A stretch of DNA of 64,000 nucleotides from positions 13,769-77,768 of the forward strand of contig CAWCBX010000072.1 in assembly GCA_963793595.1 (NCBI GenBank). The letters run 5' to 3'. Position 1 is the stretch's first letter, and each line of letters starts with the position of its first letter. Below the pieces are notes generated by a model. That model saw nothing but the letters and a program-made list of their open reading frames with translations. It searched no databases and had not been told where the DNA came from. The position numbers and the translations under genes were made by a program. The DNA comes from an uncultured Gammaproteobacteria bacterium. GTDB taxonomy: Bacteria; Pseudomonadota; Gammaproteobacteria; GCA-001735895. Shown here piece after piece: positions 1 through 11,169 of this stretch.

Positions 1-850
1 CTGCCGCCAGCACCTCACAGGCCGCTCTGGCTTCAAATTTGCGCGCGACAACGATGTCGGTGGGCAGCAAAATCTTGCATCCGGTGCGCTTGGCTTTCTC
101 GAGGATCTGCGCGGCGGTGCCGGACATGTCGTGTTCGCAAAGTGATTTGCCCACATTGATGCCCTGGGCGGCAAGAAACGTGTTGGCCATGCCACCACCG
201 ATCACCAGATGATCGACCTTCTCGACCAGGTTTTCCAGCAGCGCCAGCTTGGTCGACACCTTGGCGCCGCCGACCACGGCCACGACCGGGCGCTGCGGTT
301 TGCCAAGGGCGGCCTGCAGCGCGGTCAGCTCCGCCTGCATCAGCCGACCGGCGCACGCCGGCAGGTCATGGGCGATCCCCTCGGTCGAAGCATGGGCGCG
401 GTGCGCACTGGAAAAGGCATCGTTGCAATAGATATCACCCAATGCGGCGAAGGCTCGGGCCAGTTCGGGATCGTTTTTTTCCTCTCCCGGATAAAACCGT
501 GTGTTTTCCAGCAGTAACACCTGCCCGCGGCGCAGCGCTGCAACGGCTGCCTCGGCGGCGGGTCCGCGGCAATCGGCGCAGAAGATCACCGGGGCATCGA
601 AGGCAGCCTCGAGCGCGCCGGTCAGTGGACGCAGCGACAGGTCCGGAACCCGCTGGCCCTTGGGGCGGCCGAAATGCGACAGCAGGATCGGGGACCCGCC
701 CGCGTCGAGGATGTCGCGGATCGTCGGAGCCAGCCGCCGGATCCGGGTGTCATCGGTGACCTTGCCCTCCGCCACTGGGACGTTCAGGTCCGCGCGGACC
801 AGCACGCGTTTGCCTGCCAGATCCAGATCGTCCAGCGTGTTCCACCCCAT
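1..850 (-). CDS. pgk: Phosphoglycerate kinase, 3' end outside window
   Basis: Manual translation from ATG at 850: [25 protein letters not shown]...[10 protein letters not shown]...[16 protein letters not shown]...[10 protein letters not shown]...IGGGMANTF. Absent from the ORF track because it runs off the edge. Confidence 0.95.
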   Translation of the reverse strand, partial: MGWNTLDDLDLAGKRVLVRADLNVPVAEGKVTDDTRIRRLAPTIRDILDAGGSPILLSHFGRPKGQRVPDLSLRPLTGALEAAFDAPVIFCADCRGPAAEAAVAALRRGQVLLLENTRFYPGEEKNDPELARAFAALGDIYCNDAFSSAHRAHASTEGIAHDLPACAGRLMQAELTALQAALGKPQRPVVAVVGGAKVSTKLALLENLVEKVDHLVIGGGMANTFLAAQGINVGKSLCEHDMSGTAAQILEKAKRTGCKILLPTDIVVARKFEARAACEVLAA

Positions 851-977
851 GAATGGCCTCCTTGCCCTTTTGATCGTGGGTTCTGACCCGCATTTCGACC
901 CGAGGTCAATGCGTCACTTGGCTTTCTCCGCCGGGCGTCTTAGGTATCCGAAAAACTCATGACAACAGGAGTGCCCG

Positions 978-1484
978 ATGGCCGAAATCAAAGATCCTGA
1001 AAACACCATTCTGATGGAGCTCAAGGACGGCACCGTCACCATCGAGCTTTTGCCCGATGTCGCGCCCAAACATGCCGAGCGCATGAAGGCGCTGGCCCGT
1101 GCCGGAGCCTATAACAATGTTTGCTTCCACCGGGTGGTCGACGGATTCATGGCCCAGACCGGCGATGTCGAGCATGGCAACATGGAAGGTGACTTCAACA
1201 TTCGAAGGGCCGGAACCGGTGGTTCGGACCATCCCGATCTGCCGGCCGAATTCTCCAAGCTGCCGCATGATCGCGGTACACTGGGCGCGGCCCGGTCGCA
1301 GAACCCCGACAGCGCCAACTCGCAGTTCTTCATCAACTTCAAGGACAACCACTTCCTGAACGGACAGTACACCGTCTACGGCCGCGTGATCGACGGCATG
1401 GACCATGTCGATGCCATCGCGCGCGGCGAGCCGCCTGCAGCGCCGGACCGGATGATCAGCGTAAAGGTGGCAAGCGATGCGTAA
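978..1484 (+). CDS. Cyclophilin-type peptidyl-prolyl cis-trans isomerase (cytoplasmic)
   Basis: FHRVVDGFMAQTGD, SANSQFFI and YTVYGRVIDG motifs; AGGAG RBS upstream. Confidence 0.93.
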   Translation: MAEIKDPENTILMELKDGTVTIELLPDVAPKHAERMKALARAGAYNNVCFHRVVDGFMAQTGDVEHGNMEGDFNIRRAGTGGSDHPDLPAEFSKLPHDRGTLGAARSQNPDSANSQFFINFKDNHFLNGQYTVYGRVIDGMDHVDAIARGEPPAAPDRMISVKVASDA

Positions 1485-2025
1485 ACTGGCCGCCGCCCTT
1501 GCCCTGCTGGCCAGCCCCGCTCTGGCCACCGGCATCGAAATCGAGGTCGAAGGCGAAGGCGCCAACGGCACCATCACCATCGACCTGCTGGAAGACGTGG
1601 CGCCCGCTCATGCCGAGCAGATCACCGCGCTTGCGGCCGCAGGGGCCTATGACGGCGTCGTGTTCCACCGCGTGATCGACGGGTTCATGGCCCAGACCGG
1701 CGATGTGCAGTTCGGCAAAGTCGGCGGCGACATGCGCCGCGCCGGCATGGGTGCCTCGGACCGGGCCAACCTGCCGGCCGAATTTTCCGACATTCCCTTC
1801 GATCGTGGGGTTGTCGGAATGGCTCGCTCCCAGGATCCGAACAGCGCCAACAGCCAGTTCTTCATCATGTTCGAGCCCGGTTATTTCCTGAACGGCGACT
1901 ATACCGTGGTTGGCCGGGTGACGGATGGCATGGATGTCGTCGATGCCATCAAGCGTGGTGACGGTTCCAACGGATCGGTAATCGGCCAGCCGGACGTGAT
2001 GAAAAAGGTCACCGTCACCGACTGA
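1477..2025 (+). CDS. Cyclophilin-type PPIase with signal peptide (periplasmic paralogue)
   Basis: MRKLAAALALLASPALA signal peptide; FHRVIDGFMAQTGD, SANSQFFI; overlaps the upstream paralogue by 8 nt. Confidence 0.93.
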   Translation: MRKLAAALALLASPALATGIEIEVEGEGANGTITIDLLEDVAPAHAEQITALAAAGAYDGVVFHRVIDGFMAQTGDVQFGKVGGDMRRAGMGASDRANLPAEFSDIPFDRGVVGMARSQDPNSANSQFFIMFEPGYFLNGDYTVVGRVTDGMDVVDAIKRGDGSNGSVIGQPDVMKKVTVTD

Positions 2026-2130
2026 TCAGGACGAACCCTGCACGCACGGCTCCTCACATCCGCGTGTGGGGGGCTGGGCAGGCGCCGGTCTTGCGGTCAC
2101 CCTTGCGCTGTATCATCGCAGGAGGGGAAG

Positions 2131-3104
2131 ATGCGGATCTCATCTGTCTGTGGCGCTTTGGCCCTGGCCATCAGCGGTGCGACAGCTTCGGCCAGCCCGG
2201 AGTTCTGGCGCAACGAATGGCCGGACACGAACTTTGACAAGACCAGCGTTGGCAGCTGGGTCGAGATTCTGTCGGGCGGACCGCCCAAGGACGGCATTCC
2301 GGCGCTCAGCGCTCCGGCGTTCATCGCCGTTGCCGAGGAAACCCGAATCGGCGACCGCGAGCCAGTGATCACGGTCGAGATCGGCGACGCCACGCCGCGC
2401 GCCTATCCGATCCGCTATCTGACCTGGCACGAGATCGTCAATGACACCGTGGCGGCGTGCCGGTGGCGGTGACCTTCTGCCCGCTCTGCAATTCCGGCAT
2501 CACCTTCGACCGGCGGATCGCGCAAGGTACGCTGACCTTCGGGGTCTCGGGCAAGTTGCGAAACTCCGACATGGTGATGTACGACCGCGAAACCCAGAGC
2601 TGGTGGCAGCAGGCCATCGGCGAGGCAATCGTCGGCGATCTGACCGGCACCGACGCTGAAGACCCTGCCCACGTGGATGGAAAGCTGGGCAGAGTTCCGC
2701 GCGCGCAATCCCGATGGGCTGGTGATGGACGAACCCGCCGTACAACCGCAGCTATGGCCGCAACCCCTATCAGAACTACGACAGCTCCAGTCGTCCGTTT
2801 CTCTATAGTGGCGAAAGCCCGCCACATGGCATCCCGCCGCTGGCGCGTGTGGTTCGGGTGGGCGACCGGGCCTGGCCGCTGACCCGTTTGCAACAGGCGG
2901 GCCAGGTCACCGAGGCCGGCGTGACCATCAGCTGGGCGTGCGGGTCAGGCCTCGGCGTTGGATTCCGGCCAGATTGCAAAAGGCCGCGACGTGGGCTCGA
3001 TCCGGGTGCGCGACGCGCAGGGTCGCGACCTGCCGCACGACGTGATGTTCGCCTTCGCCTACGATGCTTTCTGGCCCGAAGGGCAATGGATGCTGGGCAA
3101 TTGA
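2131..3104 (+). CDS. DUF3179-family secreted protein (frameshifted)
   Basis: Signal peptide, GGPPKDGIPAL, RAYPIRYLTWHEIVND, then in a shifted frame TFCPLCNSG...SGKLRNSDMVMYDRETQSWWQQ, ending DVMFAFAYDAFWPEGQWMLGN* at 3104. Several frameshifts, first near 2452. Confidence 0.75.
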
Positions 3105-3108
3105 GGTT

Positions 3109-4140
3109 TCAGTGCGGCGCGCGATCCAGTTTGGAAATACTTTGAAACTTTCGCCGGTACGCGGTCGGCGTGAGCCCCGATTTGCGCCGGAACAACTGGC
3201 GGAACGAGGCAGGATCCTCGTAACTGGCCGAGGCTGCGATCTCGTCAAGTCCGAGATCGGACACCTCGAGCATGTGCTTGGCTTCCTCGATCCGCAACGT
3301 CTGAACGTAGTCGATCGGCTGATACCCCGTGGCCTGTCGGAACCGGCGCTCAAATGTGCGCGGATTGAGGCCGGAACGCTCCGCCATGCGCTGCACCGGA
3401 TTGTCGAGGCTGTAGTTTTCGGCAATCCAATTCTGGCATTCCGAAATCACCGCGTCTGATCCGGCTGCTGGCTGCTGCATGGCCGCATAGGGAAGCTGCC
3501 CGTCGTCGTGGGTCGCCAGCAGAAACAGCTTGGCGGTCTCCAGCGCCTGAAGCGGCCCGCAGAAACGCGCAATCAGCCAAAGCGCCAGATCCTGCCAGGC
3601 CGCCACGGCTCCGGCGGTCACGATCCGGTCGCCGACGCTGGACAGACACAGCACTTCGTCGGCACGCATCCGGACCTTGGGATAACAGCGCCGGAACAGG
3701 TCGCCATAGGCCCAGTGAGTCGCCACTTCCCGCCCGTCCAGCAATCCGGCTTCGGCGAGCACCAGTGATCCGGAACAGACCGAACAGATCAACGCGCTGC
3801 CCGCATGCATCTGTTGCAGCCACGCGAATTCGCGTGGGTATTTACCGGCTGGCGGTGTGGTCACCGGAGTATACATGTCACACACGATGACCACATCAGC
3901 GTTGTCCAAGGCGTCCAGAGACTGGTGCGGTTCGACCAGAACGCCGCCAGCACGGCGGAACGGCACGGCCTCGGCCGCAACGATCCGGACGTCCAGCGCA
4001 TCTTCGGCCGGTGGGCCCATCGTCATGTCCGGATAGACCGAGCCGACTGAATAGAGCACGTCATAGAGGCCAAAGAGAACCGAAGGCGATGTTTCGGCCG
4101 AAGCCAGCAGAGCCACGACAGGTTTGGATGTGCGGGTCAA
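3109..4140 (-). CDS. GlxA-family transcriptional regulator (DJ-1/PfpI domain + AraC HTH)
   Basis: ICSVCSGSLVLAEAGLLDGREVATHW in the N-domain; MAERSGLNPRTFERRF...FRQLFRRKSGLTPTAYR AraC HTH. Likely TTG start at 4140 behind GGGAG; the ORF is open to 4215. Confidence 0.9.
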   Translation of the reverse strand: MTRTSKPVVALLASAETSPSVLFGLYDVLYSVGSVYPDMTMGPPAEDALDVRIVAAEAVPFRRAGGVLVEPHQSLDALDNADVVIVCDMYTPVTTPPAGKYPREFAWLQQMHAGSALICSVCSGSLVLAEAGLLDGREVATHWAYGDLFRRCYPKVRMRADEVLCLSSVGDRIVTAGAVAAWQDLALWLIARFCGPLQALETAKLFLLATHDDGQLPYAAMQQPAAGSDAVISECQNWIAENYSLDNPVQRMAERSGLNPRTFERRFRQATGYQPIDYVQTLRIEEAKHMLEVSDLGLDEIAASASYEDPASFRQLFRRKSGLTPTAYRRKFQSISKLDRAPH

Positions 4141-4259
4141 AATCGCTCCCCTTGGGATTGCGGATGTCCAATATGCCTCGTTTCTGACAATTCCGCCACT
4201 CACATAACATGGCACCTCCGGATAAGGTGGGGCAGTTGTTGGATCAGGGAGATTTCAGA

Positions 4260-5686
4260 ATGAAAGTCGAGACACAAAGCCCGTTCGATGCGGCTGCGTC
4301 CTCCGCCGCACTGGATGCCCTGCGGTCTGCGTTGCGGGGCGCGATGTTGATGCCCGGCGACGACGGCTACGACAGCGCACGTGCCGTGTGGAATGCCATG
4401 ATCGACCGCAGGCCGGCGCTGATTGTTCAACCCAGTGGAGTTGCCGACGTGATCGATGCGGTGAACTTTGCGCGTGAAAACTGCCTTCCGGTCGCAGTCA
4501 AGGGAGGCGGTCACAATCTGGCGGGCCACGAGGTCTGCGACGGCGGCCTGATGATCGACCTTGTCGGGATGCAGTCCGTCCGCGTCGATCCAGAAGCCAG
4601 GTGCGCCAATGTCGCCGGTGGTGCTACCTGGGGAGATGTCGATCGCGAAACTCAGGCCTTAGGCTTGCCACCCCGGGCGGGTTGATATCAGACACCGGAG
4701 TTGCAGGCCTGACGCTTGCGGGCGGCATCGGATGGTTACGCAGCCGCTACGGACTCTGCATCGACAATCTGCTGTCCCTTGATGTCGTGACGTCTGACGG
4801 CCAGTTGATAACCGCGCGCGCCGACAGCCACCCCGACCTCTTCTGGGCCCTGCCCGGCGGTGGCGGCAATTTCGGCTTGGTGGTCAATTTTGAGTTTGCA
4901 CTGCATCCGGTGGGCCCGACTGTTATGTTTGCAGCCCCGATTTATCCGCTGTCTGCCGGCCCCGGTCCGATCCGGTTCTGGCGGGATTTTCTCGCGGACA
5001 AACATGATTGCGTCGGCTCTCTCGTCGAATTTTCAACCGTGGCCGCCTCCGCGGATTACCCGGAGGAATACTGGGGGCAGCGGTGCTATACCATCGCGGC
5101 CGTCTATCCCGGCGATGCGGATGAAGGCGAACGGCTGTTGCAGCCGCTGCGGGAACAGGGCCAGTTGATCACCGATTTTTCAGGGCAGATGCCATATTGC
5201 GAGGTGCAGACGCTTTTCGACGCTTTGTTTCCGGCAGGTGATTTCCGATGTTATTGTAAATGTCATTATCTTGCAGAACTGTCCGACGCGATGATCGATG
5301 CCGCGCTGGCCAATGCCGCCGCGGCGCCATCGGACAAGACGCTGAGTGCGCTTTGGAATTTCGGGGGCGCGACGGCGGCGGTGCCGGCAGAGGCAACCGC
5401 ACTGGGAGACCGGTCAATGGGCTGGATGTATTCGCTGGATTCGGTTTGGTCCGACCCTGGCGATGATGAAACCAACATCGATTTTACCCGAAAAGCCTGG
5501 GAAGAAAGCCGGATGTTCTCTCAGGACGGACGTCTCTATCTCAACTTCGCCGGCCACGGAGAGGACGGCGAGGCTCTGGTAAGGGACACCTACGGCCAGA
5601 CCTATGACCGCCTGTCCAAGGTCAAAGCCACCTATGATCCGGGCAACCTGTTCAGATTCAATCAAAACATTCGCCCGGCCTCCTGA
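4260..5686 (+). CDS. FAD-binding oxidoreductase, BBE/6-hydroxy-D-nicotine oxidase-like (one frameshift near 4670)
   Basis: VWNAMIDRRPALI, KGGGHN FAD-attachment motif, GATWGDVDRETQ then GLATPGGLISDTGVAGLTLAGGIGW in another frame; C-terminal YLNF...RLSKVKATYDPGNLF (BBE domain). Confidence 0.88.
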
Positions 5687-5818
5687 TCTGTTTGCGAGAA
5701 CCTGCGTCGCTGGTCCGGGGGTGTCAGCGCCGATCCGCCTTGGCCACTGGCGAACTTGGAAATCTCTTTGAACGCAAAGCGTGTGATGTCATGCTGACGC
5801 AGTGCAAGATCAAGGGAG

Positions 5819-7627
5819 GTGAAATTGCTCGATACTAGTTTGAATGATACCGTTGCCGCGTTTCTCGATGATTTTGGCAAGGCGCTCGAAAAGAGTGATA
5901 TCGATCGCGCGACCGGGATGTTTCTGGACGACTGCTACTGGCGCGACCTGGTGACCTTCTCCTGGAACATCAAGACAGTCGAAGGCAAGGACGAAGTCGC
6001 CGACATGCTGCGCCACCAGCTGGCCACGATCCGACCTGCGAACTGGCGGATCGCCGATGGTGAGGTGGCGACCGAAGAGGACGGCGTGACCACCGCATGG
6101 ATCACGTTCGAAACCGAGGTGGCGCGCGGCTATGGTCTGATCCGGCTGCGCGACGGCAAGATCTGGACCCTGCTGACCTCGATGGTCGAGCTCAAGGGAC
6201 ATGAGGAGCCGCTGGGCTATGACCGTCCGATGGGCGCCAAGCACGGCGCGGCCAAGCACCGCCCAAGCTGGAAGGAAGAGCGCGAGGCGGAAGCCCGCGA
6301 ACTGGGCTACACCAAACAGCCCTATGTGCTGATCGTCGGCGGCGGGCAGGGCGGCATCGCCCTGGGCGCGCGGCTGCGGCAGCTGGGCGTGCCGACGATC
6401 ATCGTCGAAAAGAACGACCGCCCGGGCGACAGCTGGCGCAACCGCTACAAGTCGCTCTGCCTGCACGATCCGGTCTGGTACGACCATCTGCCCTATCTGC
6501 CGTTTCCACCGAACTGGCCGGTGTTCTCGCCAAAGGACAAGATCGGCGACTGGCTGGAGATGTACACCAGGATCATGGAGCTGAACTACTGGACGCGGAC
6601 GACCTGCAAGTCGGCCAAGTACGACGAGGCCACGAAGGAATGGACCGTGGTCGTTGACCGCGATGGCGAAGAGGTCGTGCTGAAGCCCAAGCAGCTGGTG
6701 CTGGCCACCGGCATGTCGGGCAAGGCCGAACCTGCCCAAGTTTCCCGGAATGGAGACGTTCAGGGGCGACCAGCACCATTCCTCGAAGCACCCCGGTCCG
6801 GACGCCTACAAGGGCAAGAAGGCGGTGGTCATCGGGTCGAACAATTCGGCCCACGATATCTGCGCCGCGCTCTGGGAGAACGACGTCGACGTGACCATGG
6901 TGCAGCGCAGCTCGACCCACATCGTGCGGTCCGACACGCTGATGGATATCGGACTCGGCGCGCTCTATTCCGAAGAAGCGGTGCGCAACGGGATGACCAC
7001 CAACAAGGCCGACATGATCTTTGCCTCGCTGCCCTACCGGATCCTGCACGAGTTCCAGATCCCGCTCTACGACCAGATGAAGGAAACGGACAAGGACTTC
7101 TACGACGGGCTGGAAAAGGCGGGCTTCAGGCTGGACTGGGGCGACGACGGGTCGGGCCTGTTCATGAAATACCTGCGCCGCGGCTCGGGCTACTACATCG
7201 ACGTCGGCGCCAGCCAGCTGATCATCGACGGCAAGATCAAGCTTGCGCATGGCCAGGTCACGGAAATCGTCGAGGACGGCGTGATCCTGGAGGACGGCAC
7301 CAAGCTTCGAGGCGGACCTGATCGTCTATGCCACCGGCTACGGTTCGATGAACGGCTGGGCGGCGGATCTGATCGGTCAGGACGTGGCCGACAAGGTGGG
7401 CAAGTGCTGGGGGCTGGGCTCCGACACCACCAAGGATCCGGGCCCCTGGGAAGGCGAACAGCGCAACATGTGGAAGCCGACCCAGCAGGAGGCGCTCTGG
7501 TTCCACGGCGGCAACCTGCACCAGTCGCGCCACTATTCGCAGTTCCTGTCGCTGCAGCTCAAGGCGCGGATGGAAGGCATTGAAACCCCGGTCTACGGCA
7601 TTCCCGGAGGTGCATCACCTGGGATAA
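5819..7627 (+). CDS. Flavin-containing monooxygenase with N-terminal SnoaL-like domain (frameshifts near 6730, 7310, 7605)
   Basis: GGGQGG FAD motif, GDSWRNRYKSLCLHDPVWYDHLPY, FxGxxxHSS fingerprint (FRGDQHHSSKH), GSNNSAHD, ending ...TPVYGIPEVHHLG* after frame correction. Confidence 0.88.
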
Positions 7628-7665
7628 TGGGCCGAGGCGGTTCCGCGCGGCCATGGAGCTGAATG

Positions 7666-7698
7666 AAAAAGGCGCCGCGGGTCAGACCTGCGGCGCCT
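7666..7698 (-). terminator. Rho-independent terminator downstream of the bactofilin gene
   Basis: AAAAA-GGCGCCGC-N11-GCGGCGCC on +, i.e. a GC stem followed by a U tract on the minus strand. Confidence 0.7.
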
Positions 7699-7723
7699 CA
7701 AGATCCGTCCTGTCACGTTGCGA

Positions 7724-8251
7724 TCAGGACGCCTCGGCCTTTTGCGCCGGGGCGGCAGCCGGGTTGCCGTTGCCCGCGGCTTTTGCTGTACGTGCGCCGG
7801 TGGGGTTCAGCGGATCATCCTGACGCTGCACCGAGCCTTCGAAATGCGCGCCGCTTTCGATCGCGATGGTCTTGTGAATGATATCACCCTCGACGCGGGC
7901 GGTCGATGTCAGCCGGACCTTCAGTCCGCGTACGCGGCCGACGATCCGGCCATTGATCACCACGTCATCGGCGGTCACTTCACCCTTGATCGTGGCGCTT
8001 TCACCGATCGTCAGCAGATGCGCGCGGATATCGCCCTCGACTGTTCCCTCGACCTGGATATCGCCGGAGGTCTTGAGGTTGCCGGTGATGTGCAGATCCG
8101 ACGACAGAACCGATGCGGGCGGCTTCGGCTTGGGCGCGCTGTTTGACTTGAATTCGCTCGGCGACGGGGCCGACGGAGTGGCGGAGGGGGCAGCCGGTGC
8201 CGCGTCAGTGGCCTTCTGGCCGGGCTCGTTGATTTTGCTCTTAGAAAACAT
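7724..8251 (-). CDS. Bactofilin (polymer-forming cytoskeletal protein)
   Basis: SVLSSDLHITGNLKTSGDIQVEGTVEGDI...VEGDIIHKTIAIESGAHFEG beta-helix core with Pro/Ala-rich tails. Confidence 0.93.
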   Translation of the reverse strand: MFSKSKINEPGQKATDAAPAAPSATPSAPSPSEFKSNSAPKPKPPASVLSSDLHITGNLKTSGDIQVEGTVEGDIRAHLLTIGESATIKGEVTADDVVINGRIVGRVRGLKVRLTSTARVEGDIIHKTIAIESGAHFEGSVQRQDDPLNPTGARTAKAAGNGNPAAAPAQKAEAS

Positions 8252-9569
8252 TTCTCGCAGCCTTGATGTAGGTCATAGGGTTAACGGGATTGCCGTTCAC
8301 ACGGACTTCGTAGTGAAGGTGGGTGCCCGTGGATCGTCCAGAGCTACCCATATCAGCAATGTGATCCCCGCGCGAGACCCTTTGGCCTTTCTTGACGCGA
8401 ATACGGCTGTTGTGCGCATAGAGCGTTTCGATCCCGAATTCATGCTGGATCTTGACCAGACGACCAAACCCGGACTGCCAGCCTGCGTGTGTCACAACAC
8501 CGTCGGCGGTGGCGTAAATGTTGGTACCCGTCGATCCGGCGAAGTCTGATCCGTTGTGCATCCGGCGACCGCCGGTCTTGGGATCGCGCCTGTAGCCAAA
8601 CCCGCTGGTATATCGCACCGCGTCCCGGACCGGGCTGGCAAAGGGCGCTTTCTGAGCCGCGATTCGGTACAGGTTTAGCTGATCCATCTGGTTCATCAGG
8701 CGGCTGGCCCGGATCTCGTCCGCAGTTGGCTCTTCGCCGCGAGTCGAAAAGCTCAGCGGGGTCAGCGGGCCGCCTTGCCCGCTGTAGCCCCGCCGCACCT
8801 GCTCGATGATTTGGTCAGTGGGCATTCCAGCCGAGCGGAACATTTTGTCCAATGGTTCGACCGAAACCAGCATGGCTTCCTCCAGCTGGCGGAAGATCTG
8901 GTCGTTCTTCTCTTCCATCAACCGGATTTCATGCGCTAGCCGATCGGCCTCGATCAGTGCAGCCTGAGCATCGGCAACGACCTGGTCGCGCTCCTGCGCG
9001 GTGCGTTCAAGCGCTTCAGCCACGAGCGCGACCTGAACCGGCGCACTGGCTGCGGCAAAGGTCGTGGTCGCGCCGTCGTTTTGGGTCTGCTCGGCGGCGG
9101 CCACAGCTTCGCGCGCCTCTTCGCGTTCCTTCATCGTGTCGCGCAGCGTGGCCTGAATCACTTCAATTCCCGTTTCCAGCTCGTTTCGACGAATTTCCGA
9201 GGCGAGAAGTTCCGACTGAATGACTGAAATCTGGTCCAGTGCGGCGTTGAACCGTTGCTGGGCCGCGAGAGCTTCCTCCGCGCGCGCGTCGCGCTCGAAG
9301 GACAACAGGTTGAGCCGCTCCTGATATGTGCGCTGGTCCCGCTTCGCCTGATCCCGGAAATTTCCCGAGCCGATGCTGTCCATCAGAAGAATTGCAGTGG
9401 CCACGATGGCCCAGGCGACGATCAGCGTTACGCCGGAAAACGCGATCGCTTGGGTCGAAGAGCGGAGGCGGATAAACCGGGTGTCCGTGTCAGATTTCAG
9501 GAACAGGCGGCGTTCGGGAAACACGCGCTCGAGAATGGCGTGCGTCTTGATGGCCAATCTGGTTTTCAC
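8241..9569 (-). CDS. M23 family metallo-endopeptidase with N-terminal TM and coiled coil
   Basis: FPERRLFLKSD N-terminus, one TM, coiled coil, HNGSD (HxxxD) and HLHYEV (HxH) M23 motifs; overlaps the bactofilin start. Confidence 0.92.
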   Translation of the reverse strand: MKTRLAIKTHAILERVFPERRLFLKSDTDTRFIRLRSSTQAIAFSGVTLIVAWAIVATAILLMDSIGSGNFRDQAKRDQRTYQERLNLLSFERDARAEEALAAQQRFNAALDQISVIQSELLASEIRRNELETGIEVIQATLRDTMKEREEAREAVAAAEQTQNDGATTTFAAASAPVQVALVAEALERTAQERDQVVADAQAALIEADRLAHEIRLMEEKNDQIFRQLEEAMLVSVEPLDKMFRSAGMPTDQIIEQVRRGYSGQGGPLTPLSFSTRGEEPTADEIRASRLMNQMDQLNLYRIAAQKAPFASPVRDAVRYTSGFGYRRDPKTGGRRMHNGSDFAGSTGTNIYATADGVVTHAGWQSGFGRLVKIQHEFGIETLYAHNSRIRVKKGQRVSRGDHIADMGSSGRSTGTHLHYEVRVNGNPVNPMTYIKAARNVF

Positions 9570-9798
9570 GCGCCTATCCTTACGTATCCCGTCCCAACGG
9601 CGGCGCTCGATTTCCCCACAACGACGGCACCTTAGCCCGGATGAATACTGACCGCTTAAGCTTTGAGCAAGAGTCTTGCCCTGAATTTACCCGGCAACGC
9701 GGAAATCCGCAGCAAATGGGCGAAAAACCGCCGATATACAGGCGTTTGACCCTAGGTCCACCAGTGAACCGTTTCGTATGTTTTGCAGGCATGTGCGG

Positions 9799-10627
9799 TC
9801 AGTCGATCGCAGACGGTTCTTCTGAAAGCGGCCAGTAAAAGTCCGGAGGTATCCCGGCCTCCGCGCGTTTTTCTTCGTTGAAGGGCGGTTTCAGAGTGCT
9901 GTGGAAATAGTGGCGCACCAACGCATGGAAGACCTCTTTCGGATCCTGGTTGTTGCGCCCGCAAAGAAAATGGAACCATTTGGATCCATAGGCAACGTGC
10001 GAAACCTCTTCGGCATAGATGGTTTCCAGCGCTGCGACGGCTTGGTCCGCACCGGCCTTGCGAAAGACCTCGATCATGCCCGGCGTGACATCCAGCCCGC
10101 GCGCTTCCAGAACCATCGGCACCACCGCCAGCCGGCCCATCAGATCCTCGGCCGTGTCTTCGGCGGCGCGCCACATGCCGGCATGTGCGGGCAGGGCGCC
10201 ATAATGGCTGTCCAGAGCTTCAAGACAGTCGCACATCAGATTGAAATGTTTAGAATTCTTCATCTGCCGCCCGGACCCAGTCGTCGTAAAAGCCCATCGG
10301 CATCGGGACATCGGAAAACCGCGCAATGATGTCCCAGTGCAGATCGACGGCATTCAGCTCGATATGGGCCACCGCGTGCAGCAATGCGATCCGACCCGCC
10401 ACGCTGCCGGGACGGCGGCGCGGGACGTCGCGGGGGGACAGCAGTTCGGGGCGCGCCGGCCTCGCCGGATGCAGCGGCGGGTTGGCAGCACCGATCGGGA
10501 TAGGCCGAGCCTCACCAGCGCGCGCGGCCACCCATTGGGCGGCATGATGGTGCGAAAGAGCCGTCTTTTCGCGGCCATCGGCGGTAGAGAGCACCTCCAC
10601 CGCCATGTCCGCCAGCGTCAGGCTCAC
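9799..10627 (-). CDS. Ferritin-like DUF455 protein (frameshift near 10255)
   Basis: RIALLHAVAHIELNAVDLHWD...DEE then KHF...LAVVPMVLEARGLDVTP...EEVSHVAYGSKWF across two ORFs. Confidence 0.88.
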
Positions 10628-11085
10628 AGGGCTTTCACCGCATCCAGCACCTCTTCGACATGACCGGGCACTTTCACCTTGCGCCAGACCCGGGCGATTC
10701 TGCCATCGGCGTCAATCAGGAAGGTTGAGCGCTCTATGCCCATGAACTTCTTGCCATACATGCTCTTTTCAACCCAAATACCATAGTCTTCGCAGGTGCT
10801 GCCGTTCTCGTCCGAAAGCAGCGGAACGGTCAGCGCGCGCTTGGTCACGAACTTGTCGTGGCTCTCGACGCTGTCCTTGGAAATCCCGAACACCTGCGCC
10901 CCGGCGACACGAAATGCCTCCAGGGCTTCGGAAAAGCCAATGGATTCCTTGGTACAGCCTGAGGTATCATCACGGGGATAGAAAAACAAAACGACAGCGC
11001 TGCCGCGCTGATCGGACAAGGTGACCGTGTCGCCGCCATCGCGGGGCAGGGTAAAATCAGGGGCGGTGTCGGACATATCGAGCAT
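10624..11085 (-). CDS. bcp: Peroxiredoxin Bcp/PrxQ
   Basis: FFYPRDDTSGCTKE with peroxidatic Cys, CEDYG, GIERSTFLID; ATG 11085 behind GAGGAG. Confidence 0.92.
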   Translation of the reverse strand: MLDMSDTAPDFTLPRDGGDTVTLSDQRGSAVVLFFYPRDDTSGCTKESIGFSEALEAFRVAGAQVFGISKDSVESHDKFVTKRALTVPLLSDENGSTCEDYGIWVEKSMYGKKFMGIERSTFLIDADGRIARVWRKVKVPGHVEEVLDAVKAL

Positions 11086-11169
11086 GGGGCATCTCCTCGC
11101 ATTCTTAACAAAAGTCACTTTCAAATTAGATCACTGCGGGCAACAATAAAGGTTCTCACGAGCATTCGC

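Noticed and set aside
978-2025. Tandem cyclophilin duplication
   Set aside because: A cytoplasmic plus periplasmic pair next to pgk appears to be an ordinary Rhodobacteraceae arrangement.
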